In this document: in pieces, positions 49,301 through 63,442 of the stretch
Layout: every line of letters starts with the position of its first letter
Numbering within the stretch: position 1 is the stretch's first letter
Assembly: GCA_964035545.1 (NCBI GenBank)
Contig: OZ037771.1
Location: forward strand, 4,289,628-4,353,627
From: Bugula neritina
Taxonomy: Eukaryota > Animalia > Bryozoa
Direction of reading: 5' to 3'
DNA: 64,000 bases
Made by a program: the position numbers and the translations under genes
Notes under the pieces: generated by a model
What the model saw: only the letters and a program-made list of their open reading frames with translations
What the model was told of the DNA's origin: nothing
Database searches by the model: none

Positions 49301-52300
49301 TTATCCACTAATGTTCTGTAATATAAATTTATAATAAATATTGTTTCAAGTACTATTATAATAATTATTATATCTTTCATTTATAAAAAGTACTTGAGAT
49401 TGTTGATAATGATATCATTGTTTAATAGAGTAGGAAAAAAACTGATTATTTAGGGTTTGTTGCTGTTTACTGTTAATTTTATTCAAATATGTTTGATCAG
49501 CAGAACAAATGAAGCTACAGGAAGTAAGCAGCATAAACTTAGAGTATAGGTAGAAGTATGAAGATTTGGTACAATTAAACAAGACAATTTGATAGATTTT
49601 AAATATCTGTTCAGTTTGAAGGTTTCATTCACTTTGTTCACCATTAGAAAGCACAAGACCTGGTAATGGGCCCTAAACTATCATAAAACTTATAGTTGCA
49701 TTTTATGATATGAAGTAGGCAACCGAAACAGTGTTCAACAATTGCAATATGGGGATTTTAGTATACATTGTATGTTGATCGACTTCATCACCCTATAGTT
49801 ACTCTACGGTGTATTCTTGCAGTTTACAAACTTCATAATGATTGAAATAAATTCTTGATGAAATCATTACTAGACCCGGTTCTAAATTTAATAATAGACT
49901 CAATTCTAAATTTAGTAACAAACACAATTCTAAACTTAGTAATATAATCAGTATATCTCACTAACTAGCCAAGGTTTTACATATATCGCTACTGCACCGA
50001 CATTTATATAATTATTAACCATATAAATACAAGTTTTTATATACAATAATAACTTTATAGAATTATTATTAAACTAGTTTTCTATAAATAAGTTTATTGT
50101 AGCTTTATATCAGATTATTGATAGTTTCAGGCAACCAGAGTTATATAAATCCTTGTATTGATAGACTTGGAGAACCCAATAACTCACTGTGCAGAGGTGA
50201 GTAGTTCACACAGGTTTATACTTTTTATATAATATACAATCTTTGTTATTAGCTGTTATAGACTTTAAATGTGTTCTGTTAACGTGACGACAACTCTTCT
50301 ATAAACTATTGCATATATTTATTTACTATAAATATAATGATATGTGGCAGCCATTTTGTAGCATAGTTATATTAAATCTAATATGGAAACACCTACCATA
50401 AACACACATGCACACACGCACGCAAGCATATATGTACAATGTAAAAGCGTGTGCTTTTTATTGCAGCTATTGATGACCAGTGTTACACTGACCAGTATGC
50501 TATACGACATCTTCTGACAGCTCTACCAGCTTTCTGGAGATTTGTTCAGTGTTGGAGATGTTTCTATGACAGTCGGCGACCCTTTCCGCACATAGTCAAC
50601 GCGTTTAAATATAGCATGTGCTTCATAGTTCTTACTTTCTCTACTCTCAATATCTGGTACAAAGGTAAGATCTACCTACAGGCCATAGTCTGTGTTCTTT
50701 ACTAACATAACAGGTTTTAAGTCTACAAGTTTCTATATATTAGCCAGTAGTTCAAGTTTGAAATTATTCACACTTTTCTATATACCAAACCAAGTCACAA
50801 TAATTATATAGGTATGCATTGGTTTTTGGTGACTTAAACATGCAGCCTCCCAAGTTATGACTACTACCTGTAACAGAATACTTGTAATTTATACAAGTGT
50901 ATGTAAATTTGAAAATAAAGTGATAGCGAAAATTTATTAAATAATCAAATCACAACTCTCCATCTGTTGCATTATTTTTAGCACATTCAGTGGTAGTTTT
51001 AGACATGCCAACTTTGCTAGATGTAAAGAGGCTTTTACAATATTTTTTAACTTTTTCAGTTCAAAACCTAGACTCAAACTCGCTCAATGAAGCTCCTAAA
51101 ATTACTAAGGATAAGGATGTGCTGTTTGTAGGTAAATAGACTTAAGCATACTTATAGCTCACGCTTAGCTACCCGCTATATTATTATGAGTCATCTCCTC
51201 CAGGACATTCTCAGTACAATCACAAGTGTAAAATATAAATATCACAATATGCTCGCATTTTAAAATATGACTAATTTTTTATTGATTTAAGATTCTTGGT
51301 TGTTGTGAATATACTAGAATCTTCATATATTTATAATACAGATAAGTTACACAAATGTGTTTAAATAAATAATTTTTATGCATTATGACCTTAAATTTTT
51401 CTCTTAGACAATCATTTATAATGAGATGTAAAAAGAAATATTTGAAACATGGACTATACCACTATATTATTGCTAACTTTATTTGACTTGATTTTTTTAA
51501 TAATGTTGACATACGAATAAGCAACTGTAAGTTATTTGCAAAGGGTGTGGTGGGTTAGAAATAATTTATCAAAAGAGGAAATGCTGTGAGTCAAAACAAC
51601 AGTTTAGACAAATGTTTGACATGCTTGAAGAAAAGTAACGCCAATTTTAGCATTAATTAAGAACAGTTTAGTTTACTCAAAAAAGTTAATTATTTTCTAT
51701 AGCGAGTAAAGATTTTGCTAGTTTACATTGTATACACAAGTGGCTTGTATACACTGTGGCTTCAATGTGACTTGTCAAAAACACGATACCCATTTTTTGA
51801 AAATCCCATCTCTTCAAGTGATACTATTGCTTGAATAAAACTGAAAAAGCATTAAAAATTTACTACAATTTTGTTCAAATTTTGCGCACGATTTTTGTTT
51901 TGAGAGGCTAACTTTCTAATAACATAAGAGCCACAGGCGTTGACTAAAACATTTTTTATATTAATAGTTGTTGGCATCATTTTGTTTCTTTGGGAAGGTA
52001 ACTCTCAATTATAATCAAGTAATTATGCAAAACTATACTAAAGTTGTCTGCTGATATATATTGCTTACTTGTAAGTTACAAATAAATAAACTACTCACTT
52101 CTAATGTTTGCATAATTAGACGAGATTAGATAAGAGTCGTAGCTTCACACCGTTAATGGCTTCTTTTAAAATTTTCCGCATCGTTTTAATGACTTTGAAT
52201 GGCAACATTTTAATACAGTTTGTGTATGATTTTGGCATATAAAGAAAGCCTGTTGTGATATTCAAAATTACAACAATTACCAGAGTAATATATAATTTTA

Positions 52301-54291
52301 TATATTTGTATTTTTGTTAAATAACAAAATAAAATATGATTTAAAATCTGTCAAACTGGCACGCAATTATACTAAAAAGAAAACGAATGTTGCAAAACAG
52401 AAAGTATTAGTTTCCCTTTCCAGAATCAACTTTAATATGCTCTGTAAAAAATTAAAGTATTGTTTTATTCCTGTATAACTATTATTAGGTGTATTGTTTT
52501 AGGGACGGGTTTGTATATGACTCCGGAGAATGTATTCTTCAAACTTTGGATCATCGCAGCAATAGTGAACACTCTTTACACGTATATCTGGGACATCAAG
52601 ATGGACTGGGGACTTTTAGCTAGAGATGCGTCTGGCAATAAGTTTCTTCGGGCAAACCTTTTATATAAATATAAGGTATGGATAGATTTTTATATAAATT
52701 TGTTATTATAAGTTTAAATATTTTTACACCTAGCTCTGCATTCTTTGTACAATTATAACTTAATTATGTATAAGCATCAGAAGTACCAATTTGAAGTAGA
52801 GTATATTATATGTGTATATAAAACCGTCAGTGCAGTGTTCTAGAATTTCGTATTTAATTGTGTGTGTGTGTGTGCGTGTGTGTGTGTGCGTGTGTGGGCG
52901 TGTGTGTGCGCGTGTGTTCATCTTACCTACATGCAAGATTTTAAAATAAAAGTACGAAAATAAGAATAGCAATCTGATGAGTGGAGTGTGTAATGAATAC
53001 CACTAGTCAACCTCTAAACTGTTTTTATTTTCATATACATCGTTTATAATTAATTAATTCTCTAACTTTCAGCAATTGAAAGTTCTAGTGAATTGTACAC
53101 TTTTATTATTATTACCTTATAAGGCATTTTACTACTTTGCTATGGCCGAGGATTTGATACTCCGACTGACGTGGACACTCTCCATGACTGTCGCCGAGAC
53201 TCGGGCTATTGACAGCGAAGTTCTCAGGACTCTGCTCGGCTTCTTAGAAATTACAAGGTTAGTCAGATATAAGTTCGTAATCTAAAGCACTGCATAAAAA
53301 ATCAGGTAATGTACTGAAAATAGAGTTAATTGCCCGAGCTGGTTCAAGTTGTGATTTAACTCATTGCCACTTTGACCCAGTCATGTTTATAAGAAGGCCA
53401 GATGAAAAAACTGAATATAACATTGTATTAAGAAGTTGCCTCACCCATCCTTACATTTCCAGTTATTCTTTTTGCATAGCATAAAATGGTGTCTATACAA
53501 CATTATCCTGTATATCGTTACAACAAACCAGCAAACTGTGTGTTGCAGTGTGCATTTAATTGTAGACGGTCCATCTGGAACTTTCTAAGAGTAGAAGTAG
53601 AGCAAATTAAAATCATGAGCTCTTCGGCCAAATATTCGAGCTCGGATAACATGGAAGGAGAGGTAAAGATTCAAATAACTAAAATGTGTGTGCTAGACAG
53701 TTTTCAACAGTAAATAATAGTAAAGTTAGAATTACTTTGCATTGATATATGCAGTTAGTTATTTATTTGTTTTCTGATTTGCTTGGTTTTGAGTTTTACC
53801 TTTTAGTTATATGGTGATGAGAAAATAACAGAAGTAGAGGATGAAAAGGGAGTTACAAATGAAGCTTATAGGTAAGCCTCGTGGTTCTATTTTATGCTTT
53901 CCATTGCTAAAATATTTTTATAGCCGAAACTACTAATGTTATGTTATAGCTCTACAGGATAAAATCTTTTGACTACTACTTCACTTATTTAGAAGCAATC
54001 GTGGAAAATTTAAGATAGCCTAAGTTCTTTATTTTTATTATTAAATTCTGATTTGTGGCGAAAGTTGAAATTTTTGCAAGAACATAACTTCTTATGCTAC
54101 ATTTCTAATTTAGAAAACAGGCTTTTCTCAATGTTTCCGTTACTGCACTTACCTCACTTTATTGCAGTGAAGAATCAGTCACTGAAGAAAAGCAAAGTTC
54201 GAGCTCAACGACTGAAGAATATCGGAATAGATTTCGGTGTAGCCTTTGGATAGCGCGACACTGGAATGAGAGTGCCTACAGGCAAAGTTGA
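46393..54291 (+). CDS. XPR1-like tandem paralogue lacking the SPX domain (TM/EXS only; ~478 aa from ATG 46441)
   Basis: Exons 46393(ATG 46441)-46510, 47270-47457, 47697-47876, 48278-48425, 49162-49221, 50467-50664, 52503-52675, 53124-53257, 53566-53662, 53807-53871, 54168-54291. Phases match XPR1 exons 7-17 and several sizes are identical (188, 180, 148, 60, 134). No stops or frameshifts. The 5' end and the last two exons are less certain. Confidence 0.85.
48018..48205 (-). mobile_element. tRNA-derived SINE copy (diverged)
   Basis: cccctgtaagaaccc...ggctaaggactt...gtgtttactaagccagtgctttaaccac...acagctgctcc aligns to the 40396 copy. Confidence 0.6.
48665..48822. mobile_element. Family A MITE-like repeat (inverted relative to 6619)
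   Basis: ttttgctacatttctaatctagaacatagccttttctcaatttctccatcactgcacctacct. Confidence 0.7.
52859..52917. repeat. (TG/CG)n microsatellite
   Basis: Directly visible. Confidence 0.9.
53993..54153. mobile_element. Family A MITE-like repeat just upstream of the paralogue's last acceptor
   Basis: aagatagcctaagttcttt ... ggcttttctcaatgtttccgttactgcacttacct. Confidence 0.65.
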
Positions 54292-55233
54292 CCATACATA
54301 CTGATATCTGAAGCTCATTCTTTACTTGGGACTATTTCACTCTACTTGATGTGATTATGATGAGCTATTTGTAGTTGTCTTTCCACTGATTCAGAAAAAT
54401 TTCTTATGTCGATTGAAGTTAATTTTTTCAATACTGCTGATGCAACACCGTGAGTACAGTTGATCCAGTACACAAGGTCTGCCACTTACTGTTCTTTTCT
54501 TATCTCTTTTGCAGCTGATCTATATATCAGGGCATTTTTTACTTAAAGCTATGTACAGCTAATTAAATTAAACAAATTAAAACATTGTGTAGAGACATAT
54601 TTAACTAATATTAAAAGGCGTAGAAATTTTTTTTTCCTGTGATGATAAAACTATTTTAATTTATTGCTCACAGAAGCAGCATGCAATTAATTATTGTCTG
54701 TGTCCATTTTTGTCTATATCGATTGCTCAATTTGTAGACAGCCATAAGCTGTATATACTGTATATACCAGTCAAACTGTAAATACATTATTAGAATTTAT
54801 TCAAGTTCCCAGTCATCAAGTAAACCACATCTATATAGAATTTTGCTCTACAAATTTAAAAGTGTATTAGTAGTTTACCAACATGGCTAGATAATTTTAG
54901 CATTTTCTATTCATTCCAGCTGTGATCTGCATCAGTCTAATAATACACTGCAATGCGCTGTAAGTCCATCAGCACAGCCAAGCAACAACATTTGATTCAG
55001 TAGTCCTAACAAAGAAAGTTGATTATTCTGATGGACAGCCAACCAGCCAGCTTATGGATGTGTTTACTGTTAAGAAAAAAACCATAATTTATTTTTAATT
55101 GTGTGTAAAAACATGATACAAGGCTGAGTGACTATTTACTGTTGCTTAAATAAATGATGCAGAGGCATGTAAAGTATAGCTTATGACGCAAGCCAGAGAG
55201 ATGTTGAGGCAGCCAGCATGTCGTATGCTGCTC

Positions 55234-55480
55234 TGCTCACACACGCTCACACACGCTCACACACGCTCACACACGCTCACACGCACGCACACACGCACGC
55301 ACACACACGCACGCACACACGCACGCACGCACGCACACACGCACGCACACACGCACGCACACACATACGCACACACATATGCACACACGCACGCACACAC
55401 GCCCACACACACACCCACACAAACGCACACACGCACACACGCACACACACACACACGCACACACACACACGAACACAGAG
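55234..55480. repeat. (CA/CG)n compound microsatellite
   Basis: Directly visible alternating purine-pyrimidine tract. Confidence 0.95.
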
Positions 55481-55879
55481 ACAGAGTGACATAATAGTGA
55501 ATGCAGTTCCTCTGGGCTCATTGTCTATCACATTAATAGGATGATTGTAACACATTCTGAACAGTAATATCGAATTTAATAAATTAAAGTAACAACTAAT
55601 CTTCAGATATACAAACTTGTCTAAAAATGTGCAGACAATTTCAAGTTTCTTTTTTAAAACGCTGGCACAGACACAACATATAAATTACAATATATGCGGG
55701 CATTCTTTATGGTATATAGTCTTAAAATATATCCGTTGTAGAGCGATCTTTGCTTTGAAATTAATAGCATGTAACAAGGAATTCGTTTTATTAGTTATTT
55801 CTTTAAACATTGTACAATCTACTATATTTTTTGGCACACAGGGAAAATGGAAGCAGTCATAATTTAGTGGTTATACATA

Positions 55880-56070
55880 TAGCGCTGGCTGGCCTAGCAA
55901 AACATGAGGGCAGTGGCTCATGTGCTCAAAATCGGCGGTGTTAGGAAGAGCATCCAGTCATAACTGCTCCTGTGCCACTTTAAAAACAAGTCCTAAGCTC
56001 ACTTTAAAAACACCCTTTTGTCTATCTTTTTTGCAGGGATACTGACTATAAAACCCATGAGTTTTTTTTC
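55880..56070 (+). mobile_element. tRNA-derived SINE copy
   Basis: ggcctagcaaaacatg...ggtgttaggaagagcatccagtcataactgctcctgtgcc...gcagggatactgactataaaacccatgagttttttt is the reverse complement of the 8627 copy. Confidence 0.7.
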
Positions 56071-59000
56071 TTATTAAAATTCTCATTTGTCCAACTATAG
56101 AATATATCTGACGTAATTCTAAGATCTGTTATAAAACAGCTCGAAGTTTGATTGTGTTGAGTAATAACAGACTGACTGATTAGGAAAAAAGACCAACCAG
56201 TGTTTATCTTGGAAGATTCTAAAACAATTTTTTTTCATATAGCTTGCTGTTCATGACGCATTTAGTACAACTATGGTGTATTGTACAACCACATGTTGTT
56301 ATTCCCAAGAGTTCATTAAAAGTACATAAGCACAGTAAAAAGGCTTGTTTTTGATGAATTTCAGACTTCAGGTGGAATTTCTAAACACTGTAGAAGTTAT
56401 AAATATGCAGTTAGTGGTGTATGAAACGCCTCAAGAGTGTGAATAACCTTCATAAGAAAAATAATGGTCCCCACGAATAATATTATTGTCTCATTTCTAA
56501 TGCTGATGAAGCATTATATTTTTTGTTAAAAAAATTAAACTAACGGAAGTTTTTTGCTTTGAGCTAACACAGCATAAGACAACATATCAACTTTACAACA
56601 ATTCTATGTCAAAGTTCAGACGAATTTCTCATCATGCAGTCCTGGCCATGATTCTATGCATCTCACTTGATATCATGCAGCTTTTGAAATTAGAATAATT
56701 TGCTGGGTGAGATGCATTGCTAAAGGTGTAAGTCTAGCAGGAAGTTGGGTTCAAACGTGATTTTTGTAGCAGAAAACTTCTGTTTTGTTCACTTTTTGAA
56801 CTTGTTGAAAGTTTTAGGAAATTTTGCAGAAACCAAAAATTTAGGAGCAGTAGTGGAGAAATTGAGATAGCCTAAGTTCTTTAACCAAAATCAGAACAAC
56901 TTTGATCTTACTAAGAATTATCAGTAAAGATAGGTTTTCAAACTCCAGTAGCAGTATTTGGTACGTTACAGTTGGCTGGTTGTTATTAGTTCGTCTATTC
57001 TAAGACTAACAATAATTGCTCACCCATAAAACTCATTGACTTCAAACCTGACTTTTGAACCTTAAGACATAACGTTGACGCAGTTAACTTCAAAAAGTTA
57101 TAAAATAATTGGAATAACTGTTGTGCTCGGCAACTGCCATTAATCAATGCTTTTAACTGCAGCAATACTTCCTCATTCAATTTTTGGTTTGAGTTAATAT
57201 AGACAGCAATACCAACTTAAACCTTTTCACCCCTTTACCTCCTCAACCTTTTCGCCCACTTCTCTCACAGTTGACTCATTACAGCAATAAATAAATATAG
57301 AATATCACCATATATAATAAAAACTTATAACTAGTAGAGTTGATAACATTTATTATAAAAGTGAGTACAGAATTTGAGAGATCCTGTTTTAGAGAAACTG
57401 GTAACATCTGGGACTCTCAACTCAAAATTTGAGAACCCTAAACTATGACACTTATTCACCCCCAACTCTGAGCTGCTTATATAATGATTCTTACTTGCAC
57501 CAACACTTTAGCTTAGATATGTGCAATGAATGATGACAACATATATACAACAATATGTTTTGGCTATTGGCTAAATACTAGCTAGAAGCACATTAAAACA
57601 TTGGCAGTATTTTCTATGAGCAAACAAAAACCTTTGAATGATAAGTGCAACGGTTACTGATGTTTGTTCTACTGCTGCTCCAAACATTAATATGCTTTGC
57701 TTTTCTGCCCAGAATGAGGTCAATTAGCTAAGGAAGTCGGTGGCCATCTTGATCTATGACAACAAAACTACCGCCACAATCAAAAACAGCAGAAGTGATA
57801 AAATAACAAGAATCTTGCCAGAATCACCAGCCAGCACCTAATCAACAAAAATCAAAGTTTGCACCAACTATTTGACTGTTTATTGTTATGATGACAAGCC
57901 ACGGCAGCCAGAGTTGTCTCTTTCACTGCAAGAAGAACAGACAATTCCGTACTCTGTGCCATCTGGTGGTGTACTATTGTGTATAGTATATTTAATAATT
58001 TCATATGCTAACTTGCAGTGAATTTATAACTTATTAAATTCTCACCTATGATTTGTGATAAAGTCACCCCCCCCTCCACCCTTCCATCTCCCTTGGCTAA
58101 TTCTGGAGAAAGTTGTGTATTAAAAAAAAGTCAATTCAGTGATTTAAAACCCAGTTTAACTAGGTTTTCATAAATAATGAAAATTTTATAACTATAAGTG
58201 TACACGTTTAGCAAATGAAGGATTGGATGTCAAAGTTTTAACATATCCTAGAATTCTTATTCAAAAGCCATAGAAACATAACAAATATTAATTTTATCAA
58301 ATCAGGCTTTAAGATAATTTAATCATAAAAATGTTAAAAATCAGTTATAAATAGTAAAAACAGATATTTTAATATTCATGAGTTTTATAGCTCATTTAAT
58401 AAGACACAGCTTAGCTTTAAAAAGATATCGAAACACGGGCTATTATTACTGGTTAGGATTAATAATTTTTGAATTACTGCATTTACGTAGTATAAAAAAA
58501 GTCACTGATAATGGAAAGTACTAAAATAATTATTCATATCAACTAGTGATTAATTATTTTGTATCTTCTTTAGAAACAAAAACTTCAATATCTATAAGTT
58601 TTTGTGACTGATTAAAATGAGAAAAACATGTAAATTTGCAAAAAACTAAAGTGTAATGCTATCTAAATATTTCCTACCAATAAGAGTTGCAAAAAATGCT
58701 GCAACTTATGTAAAAAGTTTACACCAAACTTGGAATGCATTGCTATTTCTAGACCGAATAAACTCATGCTGTTTAACATGTATCATATTATAAATATGAT
58801 ATTTTATATATTACATTATATTATATAAATTATATATTATATGCTGTATTTATAGTATCATATGTAGAAGATGCAGTAGCAAAGATAAATGAATTGTCTC
58901 TCCATGACAACAGTTTTAGATCAGGGCTGTGCAAGACCCCCCCCCCCATGATAGTTTAGACATTGAAGTTATAATTGAAACTGATGCAAGAAATTAAGTT

Positions 59001-59289
59001 TCATATCTGTTCAGTGTATCCCTTCCCTTCTTCATAACCTCTCAGTAATTTGTACTATGTTTTTCCATTTTTGGAGTTGTGCTAGTTGAGTGACTTCTCA
59101 TTTTTCATAGATGGCAAAAAGACATTTTCAGCAGGTTATATGCCTTACTACAGCATAAGAAGTAAGCTGAAATATTTGTATGCAGCAGCAATAAACAATA
59201 AAGTTACACACATTACAATGATTGGATGCTGTAATTGACGAGGTCTGGTGCATTTGTAGCAAACAAAATCATTTTCTTGAAGAGAACTC

Positions 59290-59430
59290 ATTTTGATAGC
59301 CTAAGTTTCTAAGCTTTCTTAATAAGTTCTGGTTGAAGGGTTGAAAATTTCATGAGAGCATAACTTCATTTGCTAAATTTTTAATATTGAACACAGGCTT
59401 TTCTCAATTTCTCTCTTAATGTACCTACCT
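59290..59430. mobile_element. Family A MITE-like repeat
   Basis: gatagcctaagtttct...gggttgaaaattt...aacacaggcttttctcaatttctc...tacctacct. Confidence 0.65.
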
Positions 59431-62246
59431 TAAAAAGTTGCTACTCTAGATTTAAATTGAAACCAATTTACCATCTACAAAATTATACCATCAAAACTTT
59501 TTCGTTTTCTTTGAAATCATTTGTGATTTATAGAGTGTATGTATGACTAAAATAATGCCATGAAAGAAGCGCGTGCTATGCTCTGCTCACAGTTGAAGCA
59601 CATGGTTGACATTATCTTCCAGCTCACAGTTGCTGACTTTTGGGCAGTCACATGCTAAATGGCAGTAATTAGTGTGTGTTTACAATTATCAACATTATAG
59701 AGTGTAGTTACTTAGGAATAAAGATATTTATAGATATCTCAGGTTAAAAATAAGTAACAGAGCAACAATCGAGTTGCCTTCATGCAGAGGGGTGCCTATG
59801 TCACTGTGTATGCGTACAAGGCACATGTAAAACCCTAGAAAAGCCAACTCGTTGCAACAGGAAAAGATTCAAATAAGCAGCATTATTCAGTTAGGTGCAG
59901 AAATGTAGATTTTGACGAAAGTTCCTCGGCATTTTGTTGAAGGCTTGTAGCTTATGTTAGATGAGCCTACCTCGCATTATTATCTCTGAAGAAAAAGGGC
60001 AGACAATGAAACTACGACTTTGTACCACACAGCAAGGCTGACCCTTGCTTCTATATACGTCAAGTTGGCAGCTACTGAATATAAAATACAACTATCGGCC
60101 TAAAACAACACCTACTATGTTGATATTTCACTCGCTTATTATATGGCCACATTGTCTAGTGAATGTATGATTACCTTTTTAGGAGAAAATAATAGGTGAA
60201 GCCCGGATATTAGAGGCTCAGCACACTGAGTTACTGGGCAAAGTAAGAGCCGTGTACTTTGAATATTTATTTTGGATTTGTTTTTGATGTCAAAAAGTTG
60301 ATACAAAACGATTGTAGAAATTGTGGCTTTTTTAGTATTTCATTTTTTAAAACTGCTAAACCCTTCATGATATAGCAGTGGATAAAACAGCGAAACGTGT
60401 TAAAAAGATCAGTAAGCAAGTCAGTGAAGGTAACAAACTGAAAAAATCAAAATAGACATAAAAGATTTTAAATAATTCCAGATTATAAGTTGAAAGATCT
60501 AAGTTTCATGTATACATAGATAAAACTGAACCCTGAAAGATATTGGAAAAATCCTTTATATATTATGTGCAGTAAAATGGCGGTTCCTGATTGATTTTTT
60601 ATGTTATATAGTTTTTTAATTTGAGCCATAAATAAATGTTAAGTATGAAGCATCTCCTAAAATCATCAGCACCTCTTACGATGTGGTAACCCTTCAAAGC
60701 TGCCTTTTGAAGTATTCACTCTAACAGACCTCAAAGCACTTGGTCACCAATACTACTGCGAGCTACTGTTGGGTACATTTTCCGGACTAAATCCTTATGT
60801 GCTGTACTTGAAAAGTGCCCTACTTTGGGAACAAAGAACTGAAAGAAACGTAAACGTGCAGACGGCTCAGTCAAACAATTTTTGGCTGAGTAATGACGTC
60901 ATATTAACTGCAGCAGCTGAGCTTGTGGCGAGACAAAACAAACTCTATACCCGGATCTTGGCTACTAGCTTGATCACAGTTTCCTGTTAAATGAGAGGTG
61001 AAGTGCTGTTATTTACATAAGAGCAAATCACTTATGTTTTATAATTGGTCAATAATAACATTCAGTCTGGCAGGTAACAGGTCAAGGGGAATTTAATGGT
61101 TGAAGTTCGTGTTTTAGGCTAGCTCACCATATGGGGAAACAATGACAAGCACCATTTTATTACTTTAACCTCGTTTGCACTGTCTGCAGCCTACTACTGA
61201 TACTACAGAACTTTATTAATAGCCATTTCTAAGGAGTACCATAGCTTTAGTCCTTGGAGATTAAGAGTTACACAAACAACACCATACATCACAAGGCATC
61301 TATGAAAATGAATGATTTAAACTTTGAAGTTAAAATAATCTTTAAGTTTATTCCGGACTTCAAAACGTGTAAATGGCACCTGGCTGTTCAACTAGAGTAC
61401 TTTCCTTTTAGTAGTCTAGTAAATTAATTATATAAAGGCAATGCTTGAAATCATCTAAAAAAGTTATATAAGCGCAATTACATACATAGACACGTTTTAA
61501 CAAGATCTCGTCAGTCTATTGACAGGCGAAAGCTACGGCAATCAGATTCTAATAGCAAATTCAAGCTTTTGCCAACTTTCACATACTTTCCTAATTATGA
61601 AATTCCTAATTTTATTTTTTAATTGTCTAGTCAAATAGATTGATTAGAGGCCTATGCTTGTCTAAAAATATTATATGAATGTAATATTAACATACACTAA
61701 CGATGTGTAATGAAGTCTATTCAATTTGTTGACAAGCAAGAGTTGCAAAACTCTCATTCTAAAAATAAGTTCAAGTTTTTGCCAAATTTAAAAGACTATT
61801 CCAATTATAGCATCTGTAATTTTATATTTTGATCTGTCTGGCCATTGTTTTATGGTTACACGTCTCATATAGAAATGATCCGTTAAACGTCTAGACACCA
61901 CCAAGTAAAAATAAAACATTAAGTTCTGAGAGTTAGGGTCAAGGAATTGTTATAAATTAGAGTTTGAAAAACTAATTTATGTTTAGTTTCAAAGAAAATT
62001 AATGATGAAACTGAAAAACTGCGTCACATTTTCAGGTGTTGCATAAGCTAGATTGCAGCTATTAAGATAAACTTAAGACCTACCCCTTTGCAAAAAATAT
62101 TTCAATTTTGTATAGTGATTAATAACCCAACCTTCTTAGCTGCAGGTACTAAAAGAGACCGCAAACTTCCTTAACAAAGATATACTTGCATATTTTATAC
62201 CTCATACTAAGTAAAGCAGGCACCAATTCTACCAACAACACACCGA

Positions 62247-62412
62247 GGTAGGCGCAGTGATGAAGAAATTAGGTAGAGTTTAGTTTTAGATGAGAAATGT
62301 GGAACAAGGAGTTATGCTCCCACACAAATTTCAGCCTATGCCCCAAACCCAAATTTAATAAAACAATTTAAAAAATTAGGCAATTGAAAATTATATGGTC
62401 ACTGCACCTAAA
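62247..62412. mobile_element. Family A MITE-like repeat (diverged)
   Basis: aggtaggcgcagtgatgaagaaatt ... cactgcacctaaat. Confidence 0.6.
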
Positions 62413-63295
62413 TAGACAAATTTTGATAAAGTACACAGGGCCACGCAGCCCAGTTACTCGTCTAGCCCAAAAATGGGTTGTTGTCTGCTGGTTTTCATTG
62501 GGATAACATACTGAGCGGAGAGTGTAGAAAACTTGTGTTGGTTTGATCTAATTGACTGATTATCATTAAGCAAGCACACTTTTTTACTTTCAATTCTTAA
62601 TTTTTAATTAATAATTTTCAATTTTTAATTTGAGTTTTAATTTTTAGCAAACTGAATTAAAACAGTTTCGTATAGTTTGCATTTCCGCTTTTATAATATT
62701 ATCTAAAGTCACTTTGTCGATGACGTAGATTTAAAAATAAATTTCTGTAGGCGAGCAGTAAAGTTAAGCTCCAGGATCATTAGCTAACAAACTTCCGCAC
62801 CCACAACCCACGCATTGTGTGTGGCACGTCGTACTCGCAGTGAGTTTTAAAAAATTTGAACCTGCATGCAGAAAACTCTTGTTGTATGGCCCTACGCTAA
62901 AAGAAATGGCTTTGTTATCTGCTAGGTTATTGTAAAGTCATTCTAACAATATTGCAGCCAGCCAGCTAGTAAGAGCTAGCAAGCTAAGCCTAAGTAACAA
63001 GGTAACATCGTAAGAGTTAGCAAGAAGTATAGCAGGCTGGAGAATTGTTTGGGGCAGTACTTGTAAGCTCATATTTTTTTAATTGATGAATCCCAGTCTA
63101 AGTGTTTGATTAACCCTAGCCTGTCTTTAATGAGCACAAAATCTAGGAAAAAACAAAAGTGCGCAGGAAGCTGGGCTGCCCACATTGGTAGTATGCGGTA
63201 AGTGAGATATGCCACAGAACAACCTCCATTAGTGCAGTCTATAACTAAGTTTCATGTTCGCATCAACTAGTTGACCTTCTCATGCAAATCAAGTA

Positions 63296-63442
63296 ACTTC
63301 CCCGTACCTTTTTACTAGAAAGCAGACTCCCACCTGATCTGATCACAAGAAGTTTTATAACTCAACTCCCACCTTCTTGCAAGAAGTCTTATAACTCCAC
63401 CTTTTTACTAGAAAACGAAATTCCACCTTCTTACTAGAAATC
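63296..63442. repeat. Degenerate short tandem repeat (ctcccaccttcttactagaaa-like)
   Basis: About 5 imperfect units. Confidence 0.55.

Noticed and set aside
46393-54291. Calling the XPR1 paralogue a pseudogene or a haplotype artefact
   Set aside because: Frames and splice sites are intact across 11 exons despite deep divergence, and the introns are unrelated to those of XPR1.
55183-55555. His/Thr- and Cys/Val-rich ORFs
   Set aside because: Translations of a CA microsatellite.
61480-61860. Diverged ~220-bp direct duplication (caagcttttgccaac / caagtttttgccaaa)
   Set aside because: Weak similarity, probably an old repeat, with no functional signal.
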